Source: Octopus vulgaris (lineage: Eukaryota). From it: a DNA stretch of 64,000 nucleotides. Below are positions 63,372-64,000 of the stretch, one piece after another. Numbering within the stretch: the first letter of the stretch is position 1; each line of letters begins with the position of its first letter. The notes under the pieces are model-generated. The model had not been told where the DNA came from and did no database searches. It worked only from the letters and a program-made list of their open reading frames with translations. The stretch spans positions 111,166,001-111,230,000 of the forward strand of contig OX597821.1 of the NCBI GenBank assembly GCA_951406725.2, in the 5' to 3' direction. The translations under genes and the position numbers were made by a program.

Positions 63372-64000
63372 CTGAAAAAGAAAAAAAAGGTAATTAAATT
63401 AAATTTTATTCTAATTAGGCAGCAGAATACGTTTTAGCTAGTGTCTTAATCACTGGTGGTAAGTTCAAATCTTGCCTTAGTAACCACAGAGCATTTAAGC
63501 TGGCCATATCCCACCCAAATATTCAACCTGTTTTATGTCCAAAGTGGTCAGATCTGGTCTCTTACACCAATCCTGCAATGTCGTTCTAAAAATAATCTGA
63601 ATGCTAAAGGGTTAAACAATATATTCTAGTCACCTTGATCTTCTTAAGTTAGTCATGCTTTTTGGAGAGTACCCTTGTCTAGTCTAGACCTTATGAGATG
63701 GATGTGAACAAGCATCACTGTCATACAGGTGGAGTTGTTTGTTGACAGTCTTTTGCAAAAAACTTCTCTGGGCCATGGGGAAATATTACCTTACTTGGTG
63801 ATGATGATGATGATGATGACAACAATGATGATGATGATGAGGTCGATGATGACGATGATGAAGATGATGATTATGGAAGTCGCAGTGGTGGTGGTATTGG
63901 TGTTGGTGGTAGTGGTAGTGGTGGCGGCAGTGGTGGCGATGATGTTGACGGTGATGATGATGACAATGATGATGATGGTGATGGCAATGAGAATAATGGC

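Overview
AT-rich, repeat-dense animal genomic DNA. The SINE families and microsatellite load look octopod-cephalopod (inference). The window holds the last three coding exons of mitochondrial CLPP (+, 493-3915) and, converging on it, two tandem minus-strand copies of ENOSF1 (L-fuconate dehydratase/rTS, enolase superfamily). Copy A is complete (16 coding exons, 33104 to 5792, 440 aa). Copy B has exons 2-16 (63371 to 40631); its exon 1 lies beyond the window. Both copies have identical exon lengths, GT-AG sites and intact catalytic residues, but show a patchwork of near-identical and strongly diverged segments. Introns are filled with tRNA-derived and Nin-type SINEs, mariner/pogo/piggyBac MITEs, Helitron-like elements, RTE/CR1/R4(Dong) LINE 3' ends, a 1.8-kb 30/31-bp minisatellite and very long microsatellites. 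Most ORFs in the supplied track are repeat artefacts. Highlights: (1) a tRNA-headed element with a Penelope-type minimal hammerhead core that twice occurs as a head-to-head inverted dimer; (2) a paired Q->K / R->S change in the ClpP handle and oligomerisation sensor; (3) the ENOSF1 duplication with probable gene conversion; (4) a young GC-rich RTE-like structured insertion with a target-site duplication. All coordinates and comparisons were made by eye, and reference sequences were recalled from memory.
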